From a virus (lineage: Duplodnaviria; Caudoviricetes), in the IMG/VR virus record IMGVR_UViG_3300028591_003737, positions 1 to 64,000 of that record: DNA of 64,000 bases; one strand, written 5' to 3'. Made by a program: the position numbers and the translations under genes. Positions 28,204-38,491 of this stretch are shown piece by piece. Each line of letters opens with the position of its first letter. Positions within the stretch are counted from its first letter, which is position 1. Below the pieces are notes generated by a model. It did no database searches. It saw nothing but the letters and a program-made list of their open reading frames with translations, and had not been told where the DNA came from.

Positions 28204-28881
28204 ATGAAGCAAATTAATACATATATAATAGAGAAATTACATTTAAATAAGGATATTACTGATAAAACAGAATATGAGTATCATCCTGAAACTAAAGAAG
28301 AACTCTTTGAATTATTAAAGAAATTATTAAAAGAAAGAGGACCAAATGCAAATTTAAATGATATTGATGTATCTAATATTGATGATATGTCATGTTTATT
28401 TTCAAGTATAGAAATGAATTCATCTGATATGTTAAAAGTTTTTTCAAATTATTCATCTAATATATTACCAGTTGGAAATTATTCTAATCAATTTAATGGT
28501 AATTTTTTAAAAACAAAAGATGATTATTTAATACATAATATAGATATATCAAAATGGGATGTAAGTAATGTTAAAAACATGTATGGTATGTTTGCTACAT
28601 GTAGATATTTTAATTCTGATTTATCTAAATGGCATGTAGATAATGTTGTTAATATGTCAAATATGTTTTATGATAATTGGAAATTTAATTCAGATATTTC
28701 TAATTGGGATGTATCTAGTTGTGAACAAATGTATTTTATGTTTAATGGATGCAAAAAATTTAATCAAAATTTAAATTCTTGGACATTAAATAAAAAATGT
28801 AAAGGACAAAATTATTATAGAATGTTTAAAAGATGTGATTCTTTAAAAGTAATTCCAGATTGGTATAAAGGAAAACAATAA
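28204..28881 (+). CDS. Leader-tagged DUF285/BspA-like repeat protein
   Basis: [17 protein letters not shown]; repeats DISKWDVSNVKNMYGMF..FNSDLSKW. Confidence 0.85.
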   Translation: MKQINTYIIEKLHLNKDITDKTEYEYHPETKEELFELLKKLLKERGPNANLNDIDVSNIDDMSCLFSSIEMNSSDMLKVFSNYSSNILPVGNYSNQFNGNFLKTKDDYLIHNIDISKWDVSNVKNMYGMFATCRYFNSDLSKWHVDNVVNMSNMFYDNWKFNSDISNWDVSSCEQMYFMFNGCKKFNQNLNSWTLNKKCKGQNYYRMFKRCDSLKVIPDWYKGKQ

Positions 28882-28887
28882 TATTTT

Positions 28888-28920
28888 AAAAAAAGAGAGG
28901 TTTTAATAACCTCTCTTTTT
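28888..28920. terminator. Bidirectional terminator
   Basis: AAAAAAGAGAGGTT..AACCTCTCTTTT. Confidence 0.8.
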
Positions 28921-28924
28921 ATTT

Positions 28925-31900
28925 TTAACTGACTATACCTTTCTTTTTCATTTCTTTCCAAAGAATGTCAGCACGCATTATACATTTCTTAGCTACTTCT
29001 GTTGGATTATTCTTATGTGTTTTCTTTTCAGTTATATTACCATTTTCATCATATTTTACTGAATCAGTGACTTCTGTTTCAAAATCAACATTTGAGAATA
29101 ATGTAGGAACTAAGTCACACATAAATTCATTATAGTCAGGAATCTTTCTACTAATCTTAAGATCTTTAAGAATATCTCCAAGACCTTGTGATCCTTCACC
29201 TTCAACAATTACATATGAACCATCTTCATTATCAATTCTTGAAGTTACTTTAGTACTTGACATTAATGAGCCACTAAGAATTTCTGCAAGAGATGAAGCT
29301 GTAGTTGTTATGGTTTCAGTCTTAGTTTCAGTTTTATATGTATACTCTGTTGGACTATTCTTTTGAGTAATTGTCTGTGCAAGTGCGACAACTGCAAGAG
29401 GTCCAATAGGAGGAACTGTTGCTTTAGGAGGTTTAGGAGTATAAGTAGTAGTAACAGTAGTTACTTCTTTTTCTTGATTTACACCATCACCAATAATATC
29501 ATTATGAATAGACTCAGTTAAATATGCTAATTTCTGTTCAAGAGTATTCTTAGTATTATCTAAACCTTCTTTAAGAATATCATATTGTTTACTGATATTA
29601 TCTTTAATAGTAGTTGAAAGATTTTCAAAATTAGTATTATTACCATTTATAAGATTATTGATATCTTTACTTAATCCACTATTTAAAGCATTTACTGAAT
29701 TATATGTATTATCACTAAATGTACTTAATGAAGTATTTATTACATTTATATATGTCTTTAAAAGATCATTACGATTATCAGCAATTATCTTTTCTTGTTG
29801 AGTCTGATAACTAAAGATATTGCTTAATTCATAAGATAATTCTTTTACATTATAAGACTGATTTAATAATCCTTCACCAATAGATTCACCAATAACCTTT
29901 ACATATGTACCTAAATCATTAAAATTAGATATTCTTAAATCTTCAGTAAATATATATGATGCTACTGTAAATGGTACTGTTTCATATTTATACTTATATG
30001 AATAGTATGCATAACTATCGATAACAGTCTTAATAGCATATGAATTAGTATTTACATCCCAGAACTGTACTTTATGAGTAGATGCTGGTATTAATTCAGT
30101 ATTATAAAGAACAGGAATTTTTTCATTAGTAAGTGGTGTTGCTTGAGAATATGAGAAATATTCTTGAGAAACATATGCCTTCTGATGTTCAATTTCTTTG
30201 ATATTAGTTGTAGTTACAATATCATTTTTCTTATATAAAGAAACTTTTAATGTACCATAACTACCATCAATATCTTTAATCTTTATAGTACCATAATATG
30301 TATCATCTTCATAAGTTATAGGACTTGTTGATGGATAATCATATTCAAAACCATTTAATATATAACTATATCTAACTCTTTCAACAATATCATTAACCAT
30401 AGTTACATAAGAAATTCTTGGATGGTTAATTTCTGCTGTTAATATATATGAATTAGGTATGAAGTTATAAGTTATATTAATTGATGAAACTTCATCTTTA
30501 GGATAGAAGTTATATGATGTAACTTTTAATGGTTTTTCTTCAATTGAATAATTCTTATGGAAATATCCATCTTTTTCAAGAATTGTCTTATGTTCACCAC
30601 TATCTAAGATAATATCTTTAAATGTTGGTGGAACCCATGAATATGTACCATCAAATATAACCTGTTCAGCATTAGTAATTGTAAATGGATTATTTACATT
30701 TATTGAATTAGTTATAATTTCTTTAGTCTGTAATATTGATTTATCAGAATTATAATTTCTAAAATTAAATTGAGATAATTCAACTAATTCATATAAATAA
30801 TATTTAGGAACAAATCCAAATTTAATCAAGAATAAATTTAAATTCTCATTATTCTGATCAAAATTATTATAATATAATTCATTATTAGCAGTATTTAATG
30901 CTGATTTATATATCTCTTCTCTACCATCAAGAGTACCATTATCTCCTAAATCAAATTCAGAAATTAATGTTCTATTATCTACACTTAAACCATTATAACT
31001 AATTTCTGTATCAGATAATGTATCACCTTCTTTAAACATTATAGTATAACTATAAGTTGTTTCATCAATAGGAGTATTAAATATAATTCCATAGAACTGA
31101 TCATTCATTTGAATTACAGTTGGAATTTCATCTCTATTTAATTGATATTTATCTAATGCATTATATTCAAATGTCTTAGTTTCATCTAATTTAGTATATA
31201 ATTCATATCCAGAAGTATTTACATAATATGATGGTGATAATGTTTCTTGAGATAATTGATAATATGTACTATTATCTTCTCCATAACTTATATAATAATT
31301 CTTATAATCATATATTGATATATCATTACTTACTTCACTTGAATCTAAAATAACATATGAAGAAACAATTACATCATATGAATATTTTGTTAAATTCTGA
31401 ATATGGTGGTTAAGATATAATTTCTTAGAAATCTTACCATCTTTACCATCAAATACAAGAGCATTTGTATAATAAGTACCATTTTTATCAATACTTATAC
31501 CATCATTAATACAATAACTATTATAGAAATATTTAGTTTTTACAAATACATCTCCAGTATATGATGAATAATGAGAATTCTTATAATCTGTATTTAATGG
31601 AGATTGTTCAAAATCATCATTTAATGATTCAATTGTTTTATGATCATTATCACAATATGTATAATAAGTTGTTTTATATTCATAAAATTTAATATCATTA
31701 ATATTATATGAATAATCTTTATTTGATGTTAAATTTAATTCAGATAATATATTTGAATCATTAAATACTAATAAATCTTCATTACCATCTAAATTTTTAT
31801 TATCTTTTAAATCATGAATATAAACATTTGATACTTTCTTATAACGTTCTTGAATAAAATATTGTTTATTAATAGACATATGAATATCGTGAGATATTTC

Positions 31901-34900
31901 ATATTTCTGATTAATTTTATAAAAATCAAATATATTATCTCTATTACCAAATACTTCTCTGTTATCATCAGCAATATAACTATTAAGTATTACACCATTA
32001 TATAATCCATTAATTTGCATTATTTCATAATACTTATTAATGTTTCCAGTTTTTACTTTATATAAATATTTACTTAATAATTTACTATTACCTTTTCTTA
32101 AATATTTATAATTATCAGATAATTCATTTGCTGTTAATTTACTTAATAAGAGTGTATATAACTTATTATTTGTTTTATATGTTTGAAGATTTGCAATACA
32201 TAATCTATCTCCATAATTATATTTTGTTATAAGTTTACCTGTTGAGTCAGTAGCAGTATTTCCAGTATTTTCATCAGTTACATATCCAGTATGCTTAAAT
32301 GTATTGAAACCTGTTTCTTTAATATATAATCCAGTTGTTTCATTACCGATATTACTATTATAAATACCTTTAGCTTCTACATAATCAATTTCTTTATATA
32401 CACCTTCTAATGAAACAATATATTTAATATTTACTTTTTGATCATGTTCTATAAGTTCTTGTCTATTTGAAACAGAAAACTTTGTAGAAATAGTTATATC
32501 AAAATTACTTAATAAATAAGAAGAATTTGTATCTCTCTTAATTTTATTTTCATCAGCTTCACTATACCATTTATCTTTAGGTATATTCTTGTATATAGAA
32601 TCTTTAATTTCATCTAAAGATATAATACCATATCTATTATCATCAAATGCATAAATAGTATTTCCTGATAAATCAAGATCATATATATTAGCAGTTTGTT
32701 CTACTGGTATAAATTCTAATACATCACCAATTGTTTCTGCATTTTTATATAACTGAATATTCTTAACTTTAAATTCAGGTAATTTTTCAAGATTAATTTC
32801 AGATGTTTCTAATAATCTATAATTTTGTTTTAAATAATAGAATGAATTATCATCAAATCTCTTATTTAATATTGTTGTACTATTAGATGTATCTTCTTCT
32901 GATATTTCCCTGAATTTAAATCCATAATATTCTACAGAACCATCATGTACAAAACCTTTATAAGGAATATATGTATTATCTACTTTTTGATAATATTTAT
33001 CACTAGAATTTAATAAATTATTTAATTCTTCTCTAAATTTATTTACATTAGAAGAATTAATAGAATATGATGTAAAATTATAATTGTTTTTATATCTCTT
33101 ATATTTACTAAGATTTACATTTTCTTTATGTTCTCCAGTCTTTAAATAATATCCATATTTTACATAAATATTTAAAGGAAGTTCATTTAAATCCTTTACA
33201 TCATTATATCTATATGGAATATAACTATTATTTACTACAGAATATTTATAATACTTATTATAATCATTTTCTATAGTCTGAGAATTTTTAACAACTTGTT
33301 TAAATGAATCTAATGATAATATACTTGGAGAAATTTTAACATATTGTTCTACTTTCTCATAAAGATTATCTTCATCAATATCATTTATATCAGAATATTC
33401 AACAAACTGATAAGTATAAACATTATCATCAATAGTTTCATTAATATTATATTCTATTGGATAATCTGCTGATACATTTATAAGTTTATTATATATAGGA
33501 GTATTTAATGTTTCTGAATATGTATATGAAATATATGCAAAATATAATCCACTATTAGAATTATTAAATATTTTATCTTTAATATTTTGATATGTTGTTT
33601 CAACTAAATTCTTATTACTATATAATAATTTAAATCTAAGATTATAATCTGTATTATCATTATTTTCTGGTTTCTTATTTTCTACAATATATTCATATGA
33701 GAAAAGATATGTAGGTAATACTTCATGAGATTCTATTGTTTCTACATTATTTTCTTTTTTATAGTTAATAAGATCACTATTTAATACTAATAATTGTTCA
33801 CCATTCTTAAATGAATAAATAATCTTCTGTTCATTAATTGGATTTAATTTAACAATATTAGCATTTACATTATATGATAATCCTTCAATACCAATATTTT
33901 TTATTGTAGGATCTAAATATTCTATTTCATTACCATTAATATAAGCATATGCTCTTATACCATAGTAAGTATAACCATTTACTGTAGGTAATTTACTATA
34001 GTTAGTATAATGTTTAGTTTTATTATTTGAAGAATTATCAATATATACAGATTCATCACCAGCTGATACTTGTGGAATACTTATATCAACTGTATGAACT
34101 GTAATCTCATCTTGAGAAATTGTTGTCTTTACATTTGTATATTCTTCCTCAACTGTTGTTTCTTCTTCAGTATGTTTATCATCATCAGATAAATATATAT
34201 TTACAAATTTCTTAAGTTTAAAACTATTAGAAAGAGTTTTTAAATAAATATATATTCTATCTTCATGACGTTCAGTTTGATAATAAAATACAGATGTATC
34301 ATATGGTTGACCATCTCCTTTAACAATATTAGTACCAGCTTTTTTATATGGATATACTAAATCATTACCATAAAATACTGTTATATTACCATTAAATTCT
34401 TCTTCACCATCTTTCAATTCATATATACAAGCTAAAGTTCTTGCAGCTCCACCAATATTTGTATATAATTTTACAGGATTAACATAATAAATATTAGTAT
34501 GAGTATTTGCTGATACTTGTATAGCCCTATTAGTACTTGTTGCTTCTCCAGTTTGTTCTGTACCATCAGAAAAATTTAAAGTAATATTTAATTTTGAAGC
34601 ATTTTTTGTATTTTGACTATTATTTAATGAATATAAAAAGTTTTCACCACATAACCATACTGCAGGAGGAATACTATTAGTTGTTATTCTTGCATCATTA
34701 TTTAAACCTATAGTATTTAATTTAAATTCAAAAACATAAGTTTGATTAGTATTATCAAATTCTGATTTATACCAATTTATAGAATTTATATTATTACAAG
34801 TACTAACAGATACTGTTTGTGTAGATTGAGTATTACCCCATTCAGGATTTTCAGATTCTTGTGTTACTTGTATAGTTTCTGTAGAATTATATATATATGC

Positions 34901-35884
34901 ATTATATGATGATTTATAATATTTCCAATTATGAGTATTACCATAATATGTATAATCAATATCTTCTAATCCATCACCATTATTTATTTTAATTTCAATA
35001 TTATTATACATATTATTTGCTACATATGAATAGCAAGTTAATATATCTTTATGTTCAGGATTATAATGATTATTATGAACAAAATTATTATCTAATTTAA
35101 TATTTTTTATTTCTGTTTTAGATTTTACTCTAAACCAAATATAATTAAATAAATCACAATATTGTATATTAATATCATCAATATCAATATTTGAATTAAA
35201 TTCTACTGCATATTTATTATAAAATAATTGATTAACATCATTTAATTCTACTTCTTTTCCATTAAATGGTGTTATTTTTTTAAATATTATTTGAAAGTAT
35301 GCAACAACATGACCATTACTGTCATTATGTTTTTTATATATTAAAGTATATATATTTTTTGATGTTTCTGATTCATTTCTTTTATAAAATTTAAAAACAC
35401 CATCTTTTCTTGTTGATTCATAATTATATTTAGTAGTAATATTACTAAAAAATGTTTTATAATCTATATTATTAAGAAATACAGGAGTTGTAAGTTTATT
35501 AATTGTAGTAGTATCAACTTCACCATGACTACTATCATCCCCATATTCTATATTATTACTAAATACTGTTTTACAAGAATTTAATAATAAATTTGCTTGT
35601 TCATAATCAATATTAAATAAATTTTGTAAAACATATTGAGTAAATGTACTATCACCACCTCTATTATAAATTTTAGAATATAAATAAATACCATAATAGT
35701 TATCACTATCATATGAAATAGCTGTATTAGGATGTGATTCATAATATTCTAATGTTCCTTTTGTTTCAGTATTAGATATACCACTAAATACATTACTATT
35801 TTGTTTTGTTGATTGTGAATAATTACTATTTGAAATACTTGTTCCAACTGTTCTAGTTGTTGTTCTTGCTGGTTTTCTAGCCAT
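28925..35884 (-). CDS. Giant hypothetical protein (2319 aa), probable virion protein
   Basis: Intact ORF; C-terminal coiled coil; TATTTTTATAT upstream (35909-35919). Confidence 0.6.
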   Translation of the reverse strand: MARKPARTTTRTVGTSISNSNYSQSTKQNSNVFSGISNTETKGTLEYYESHPNTAISYDSDNYYGIYLYSKIYNRGGDSTFTQYVLQNLFNIDYEQANLLLNSCKTVFSNNIEYGDDSSHGEVDTTTINKLTTPVFLNNIDYKTFFSNITTKYNYESTRKDGVFKFYKRNESETSKNIYTLIYKKHNDSNGHVVAYFQIIFKKITPFNGKEVELNDVNQLFYNKYAVEFNSNIDIDDINIQYCDLFNYIWFRVKSKTEIKNIKLDNNFVHNNHYNPEHKDILTCYSYVANNMYNNIEIKINNGDGLEDIDYTYYGNTHNWKYYKSSYNAYIYNSTETIQVTQESENPEWGNTQSTQTVSVSTCNNINSINWYKSEFDNTNQTYVFEFKLNTIGLNNDARITTNSIPPAVWLCGENFLYSLNNSQNTKNASKLNITLNFSDGTEQTGEATSTNRAIQVSANTHTNIYYVNPVKLYTNIGGAARTLACIYELKDGEEEFNGNITVFYGNDLVYPYKKAGTNIVKGDGQPYDTSVFYYQTERHEDRIYIYLKTLSNSFKLKKFVNIYLSDDDKHTEEETTVEEEYTNVKTTISQDEITVHTVDISIPQVSAGDESVYIDNSSNNKTKHYTNYSKLPTVNGYTYYGIRAYAYINGNEIEYLDPTIKNIGIEGLSYNVNANIVKLNPINEQKIIYSFKNGEQLLVLNSDLINYKKENNVETIESHEVLPTYLFSYEYIVENKKPENNDNTDYNLRFKLLYSNKNLVETTYQNIKDKIFNNSNSGLYFAYISYTYSETLNTPIYNKLINVSADYPIEYNINETIDDNVYTYQFVEYSDINDIDEDNLYEKVEQYVKISPSILSLDSFKQVVKNSQTIENDYNKYYKYSVVNNSYIPYRYNDVKDLNELPLNIYVKYGYYLKTGEHKENVNLSKYKRYKNNYNFTSYSINSSNVNKFREELNNLLNSSDKYYQKVDNTYIPYKGFVHDGSVEYYGFKFREISEEDTSNSTTILNKRFDDNSFYYLKQNYRLLETSEINLEKLPEFKVKNIQLYKNAETIGDVLEFIPVEQTANIYDLDLSGNTIYAFDDNRYGIISLDEIKDSIYKNIPKDKWYSEADENKIKRDTNSSYLLSNFDITISTKFSVSNRQELIEHDQKVNIKYIVSLEGVYKEIDYVEAKGIYNSNIGNETTGLYIKETGFNTFKHTGYVTDENTGNTATDSTGKLITKYNYGDRLCIANLQTYKTNNKLYTLLLSKLTANELSDNYKYLRKGNSKLLSKYLYKVKTGNINKYYEIMQINGLYNGVILNSYIADDNREVFGNRDNIFDFYKINQKYEISHDIHMSINKQYFIQERYKKVSNVYIHDLKDNKNLDGNEDLLVFNDSNILSELNLTSNKDYSYNINDIKFYEYKTTYYTYCDNDHKTIESLNDDFEQSPLNTDYKNSHYSSYTGDVFVKTKYFYNSYCINDGISIDKNGTYYTNALVFDGKDGKISKKLYLNHHIQNLTKYSYDVIVSSYVILDSSEVSNDISIYDYKNYYISYGEDNSTYYQLSQETLSPSYYVNTSGYELYTKLDETKTFEYNALDKYQLNRDEIPTVIQMNDQFYGIIFNTPIDETTYSYTIMFKEGDTLSDTEISYNGLSVDNRTLISEFDLGDNGTLDGREEIYKSALNTANNELYYNNFDQNNENLNLFLIKFGFVPKYYLYELVELSQFNFRNYNSDKSILQTKEIITNSINVNNPFTITNAEQVIFDGTYSWVPPTFKDIILDSGEHKTILEKDGYFHKNYSIEEKPLKVTSYNFYPKDEVSSINITYNFIPNSYILTAEINHPRISYVTMVNDIVERVRYSYILNGFEYDYPSTSPITYEDDTYYGTIKIKDIDGSYGTLKVSLYKKNDIVTTTNIKEIEHQKAYVSQEYFSYSQATPLTNEKIPVLYNTELIPASTHKVQFWDVNTNSYAIKTVIDSYAYYSYKYKYETVPFTVASYIFTEDLRISNFNDLGTYVKVIGESIGEGLLNQSYNVKELSYELSNIFSYQTQQEKIIADNRNDLLKTYINVINTSLSTFSDNTYNSVNALNSGLSKDINNLINGNNTNFENLSTTIKDNISKQYDILKEGLDNTKNTLEQKLAYLTESIHNDIIGDGVNQEKEVTTVTTTYTPKPPKATVPPIGPLAVVALAQTITQKNSPTEYTYKTETKTETITTTASSLAEILSGSLMSSTKVTSRIDNEDGSYVIVEGEGSQGLGDILKDLKISRKIPDYNEFMCDLVPTLFSNVDFETEVTDSVKYDENGNITEKKTHKNNPTEVAKKCIMRADILWKEMKKKGIVS

Positions 35885-35958
35885 AAATTATTTAATATAT
35901 ACTTATATATATAAAAATAATTTTTACTAGTTTAATATAAATAAAAAAGAGAACCATT

Positions 35959-36534
35959 TTATGATTCTCTTATGATGTCTTCTAAACTATTTATTAAGTA
36001 TTCTTTATTTTCTTTAGTTAGTTTAGTATTTTCATTTAATTTATTCCTAATATAATTAATGATAGTACTTTGCAATATTTCTCGTTTATCATTATTCTCT
36101 ATTTTATAAAATATATCTTTTATAATATCTTTACTTGTTAAATCTTCAATATCACTAATTATATACTTTTCTTTAAAGAATTTTTCATATAAATCAGTAA
36201 CTATATTTTGAAGATACATAAACATAAAATCTTTATTAAGATTTTCTAAGGAATATAGTTCTTGAATACTTACTTCTTTTTGATTATAAATATTCTCATT
36301 CCCAGTATTTATAAATGATAATTTAAGAAATGTTTTATCATAAGTATCATAATTAAATACATAATTATTTATAATATTTAAGAATTTTTCATCTTTAGAA
36401 ATCTTATCAAATATATCATCAATACCATTCCAATAAAAGATTATAGGAAATCCATTATTGTCATTGAGTAAGACATTTACATTTTCAAGTTCACTTGATA
36501 CAATATTTATTGCTACAAAACATGAATTTATCAT
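35959..36534 (-). CDS. Hypothetical protein
   Basis: 191-aa ORF. Confidence 0.55.
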   Translation of the reverse strand: MINSCFVAINIVSSELENVNVLLNDNNGFPIIFYWNGIDDIFDKISKDEKFLNIINNYVFNYDTYDKTFLKLSFINTGNENIYNQKEVSIQELYSLENLNKDFMFMYLQNIVTDLYEKFFKEKYIISDIEDLTSKDIIKDIFYKIENNDKREILQSTIINYIRNKLNENTKLTKENKEYLINSLEDIIRES

Positions 36535-36656
36535 ATCAAAAGATATATATTATTATATATTTATTATAGAAAACTTCAAAAATATATTCATGTGAAATCA
36601 TTGTAGATATTCGGTGAAAATTTCTATATTTAATAAAAATATTGTTGGTATTGTAG

Positions 36657-37688
36657 ATGCGTGAGCTTTTAATTGGTGATTTACATTTCGGTATAAAATC
36701 AAATTCAACATCTTGGTTAGATACACAAAGAGATTTTTTTGAAAAACAGATATTCAAAATTATAGAAGAAGAGAATATTGATAGAATAGTTTTTCTTGGT
36801 GACTTATTTGATATTCGTTATTCTATAAATCAGCAAATAGGTATTGAAGTAAAAAATATAATTCGTAATCTTGTAAATAGATTTCAATATCCTAAACAAA
36901 TAATATTCTTAGCTGGTAACCATGACTATTATTCTCCTCTAGAAGAGTTCGATTCTTATAATGCTTATGAACTTGTCTTTGGTCCAGAATTTAAAAAGTG
37001 TTATCCAAATATTAGATTTGTAACAACAGAACCATATTTAGATGAGAATGGTGGATTATTCCTTCCATGGTATTGGACAGAAAATCCTGAACATTTTGAT
37101 GAATTACTTTATAGATATAAATTTGGTTCTGAAGTAAAGGCTATTTATTGTCATGCTGATTTGACTATATGGCCTGGTGGTAGAATATCTTGTCTTAAAG
37201 GAATTCCTGTATATTCTGGTCATATTCATTATCTTTATGATGATGAAATAGGAAATCTTCATAATCTTGGAGCAGCTCTTGCTCTTACATTTGGTGATAC
37301 TAATCAAGACAGATATTTATATATTCTTGAAGATTTTAAGATTGTTAAGACTATCACAAATGATACAACTCCTAAATTTAAGAGAATATTTAATGAAGAT
37401 ATATTTACAGTAACTGGAGAGGATTTTAATAATTCTTATATGCAGATTTGTATTAATTCAAGTAATATAAATAAAGCGCAATATATAGATCAAATAAAGG
37501 CTATTAAAACTTCTTATACTGATGCATATATCAGAATTCACGTTATTGATGATGATCAAGAAAGAAATCCTCAGATTATAGCAGAAGGATTTAATACTAA
37601 TATTGGAGATTATATTGAGAATAATATCCCTGACCATCTTAATGATAAATATACTATGATTAAGAACAAATTAAACAATGCTGATTAA
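36657..37688 (+). CDS. Mre11/SbcD-like recombination nuclease (T4 gp47-like)
   Basis: GDLHFG, FLGDLFD, AGNHD, SGHIH. Confidence 0.9.
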   Translation: MRELLIGDLHFGIKSNSTSWLDTQRDFFEKQIFKIIEEENIDRIVFLGDLFDIRYSINQQIGIEVKNIIRNLVNRFQYPKQIIFLAGNHDYYSPLEEFDSYNAYELVFGPEFKKCYPNIRFVTTEPYLDENGGLFLPWYWTENPEHFDELLYRYKFGSEVKAIYCHADLTIWPGGRISCLKGIPVYSGHIHYLYDDEIGNLHNLGAALALTFGDTNQDRYLYILEDFKIVKTITNDTTPKFKRIFNEDIFTVTGEDFNNSYMQICINSSNINKAQYIDQIKAIKTSYTDAYIRIHVIDDDQERNPQIIAEGFNTNIGDYIENNIPDHLNDKYTMIKNKLNNAD

Positions 37689-37690
37689 TT

Positions 37691-38491
37691 ATGATTAAGT
37701 GTATTTATACAAATATAAAAAATCAACATCGTTATCTTGAACAATGGATAGAATATCATATCCGTTTAGGATTTAATTATTTTATCTTTTATCAAGAGAA
37801 GGATAGTATTTCTCATGAGGATATTATCAATAAATATAATAAAGTATGTAGGATTGATTTTTTTGATTATGTATTAAATAAAGAAACATTTGAACCTAAA
37901 GAGATTACTTGTTTCAAACATTTATTAAAAAATTATAATAATATTGATTGGTTAATAAAATTAGATCCAGATGAGTATATATCACTTCCTGGTGATATGA
38001 CTATTGATGATGTATTTTATAATGTAAATGAAGAAGTAATTAAAGAGATAATTCTTGAGAGAAAAATATATAATGCTAATGGATTTATAAATGAACCATC
38101 ACATAATAATTATGATTTAGTAGATACATATATAGATTCTATAAATGAAGATAAATTAGCAACATTTTATAATACTAATATTTCATTTAAAGAATTTAAA
38201 AATACTAAAGCAATTTTAAATTATAAAAGTTTTATACAAGAATATTCTGAAGATGATTTAAGTATGAATTATCCATATAGTTTTTATGATTATACAGATG
38301 AAGATGTTTTGTATTTAAATGGTATAGTCATAAATTACTATATTACTAAATCATTTGAAGAATTTTATAGTAAGATAAATCATAATGAGATTAATATGAA
38401 ACTTGGAGATTTCTTCATATTTAATCCAGATATGATTGATAGAATTCCTGAGATAGAAAATAAATTTAATATAAATGTTTTTACAGCATGA
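37691..38491 (+). CDS. Glycosyltransferase (GT92/GT2-like)
   Basis: YLEQWIEYHIRLGF..F..Y; DWLIKLDPDEYI; INYYITKSFEEF. Confidence 0.75.
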   Translation: MIKCIYTNIKNQHRYLEQWIEYHIRLGFNYFIFYQEKDSISHEDIINKYNKVCRIDFFDYVLNKETFEPKEITCFKHLLKNYNNIDWLIKLDPDEYISLPGDMTIDDVFYNVNEEVIKEIILERKIYNANGFINEPSHNNYDLVDTYIDSINEDKLATFYNTNISFKEFKNTKAILNYKSFIQEYSEDDLSMNYPYSFYDYTDEDVLYLNGIVINYYITKSFEEFYSKINHNEINMKLGDFFIFNPDMIDRIPEIENKFNINVFTA

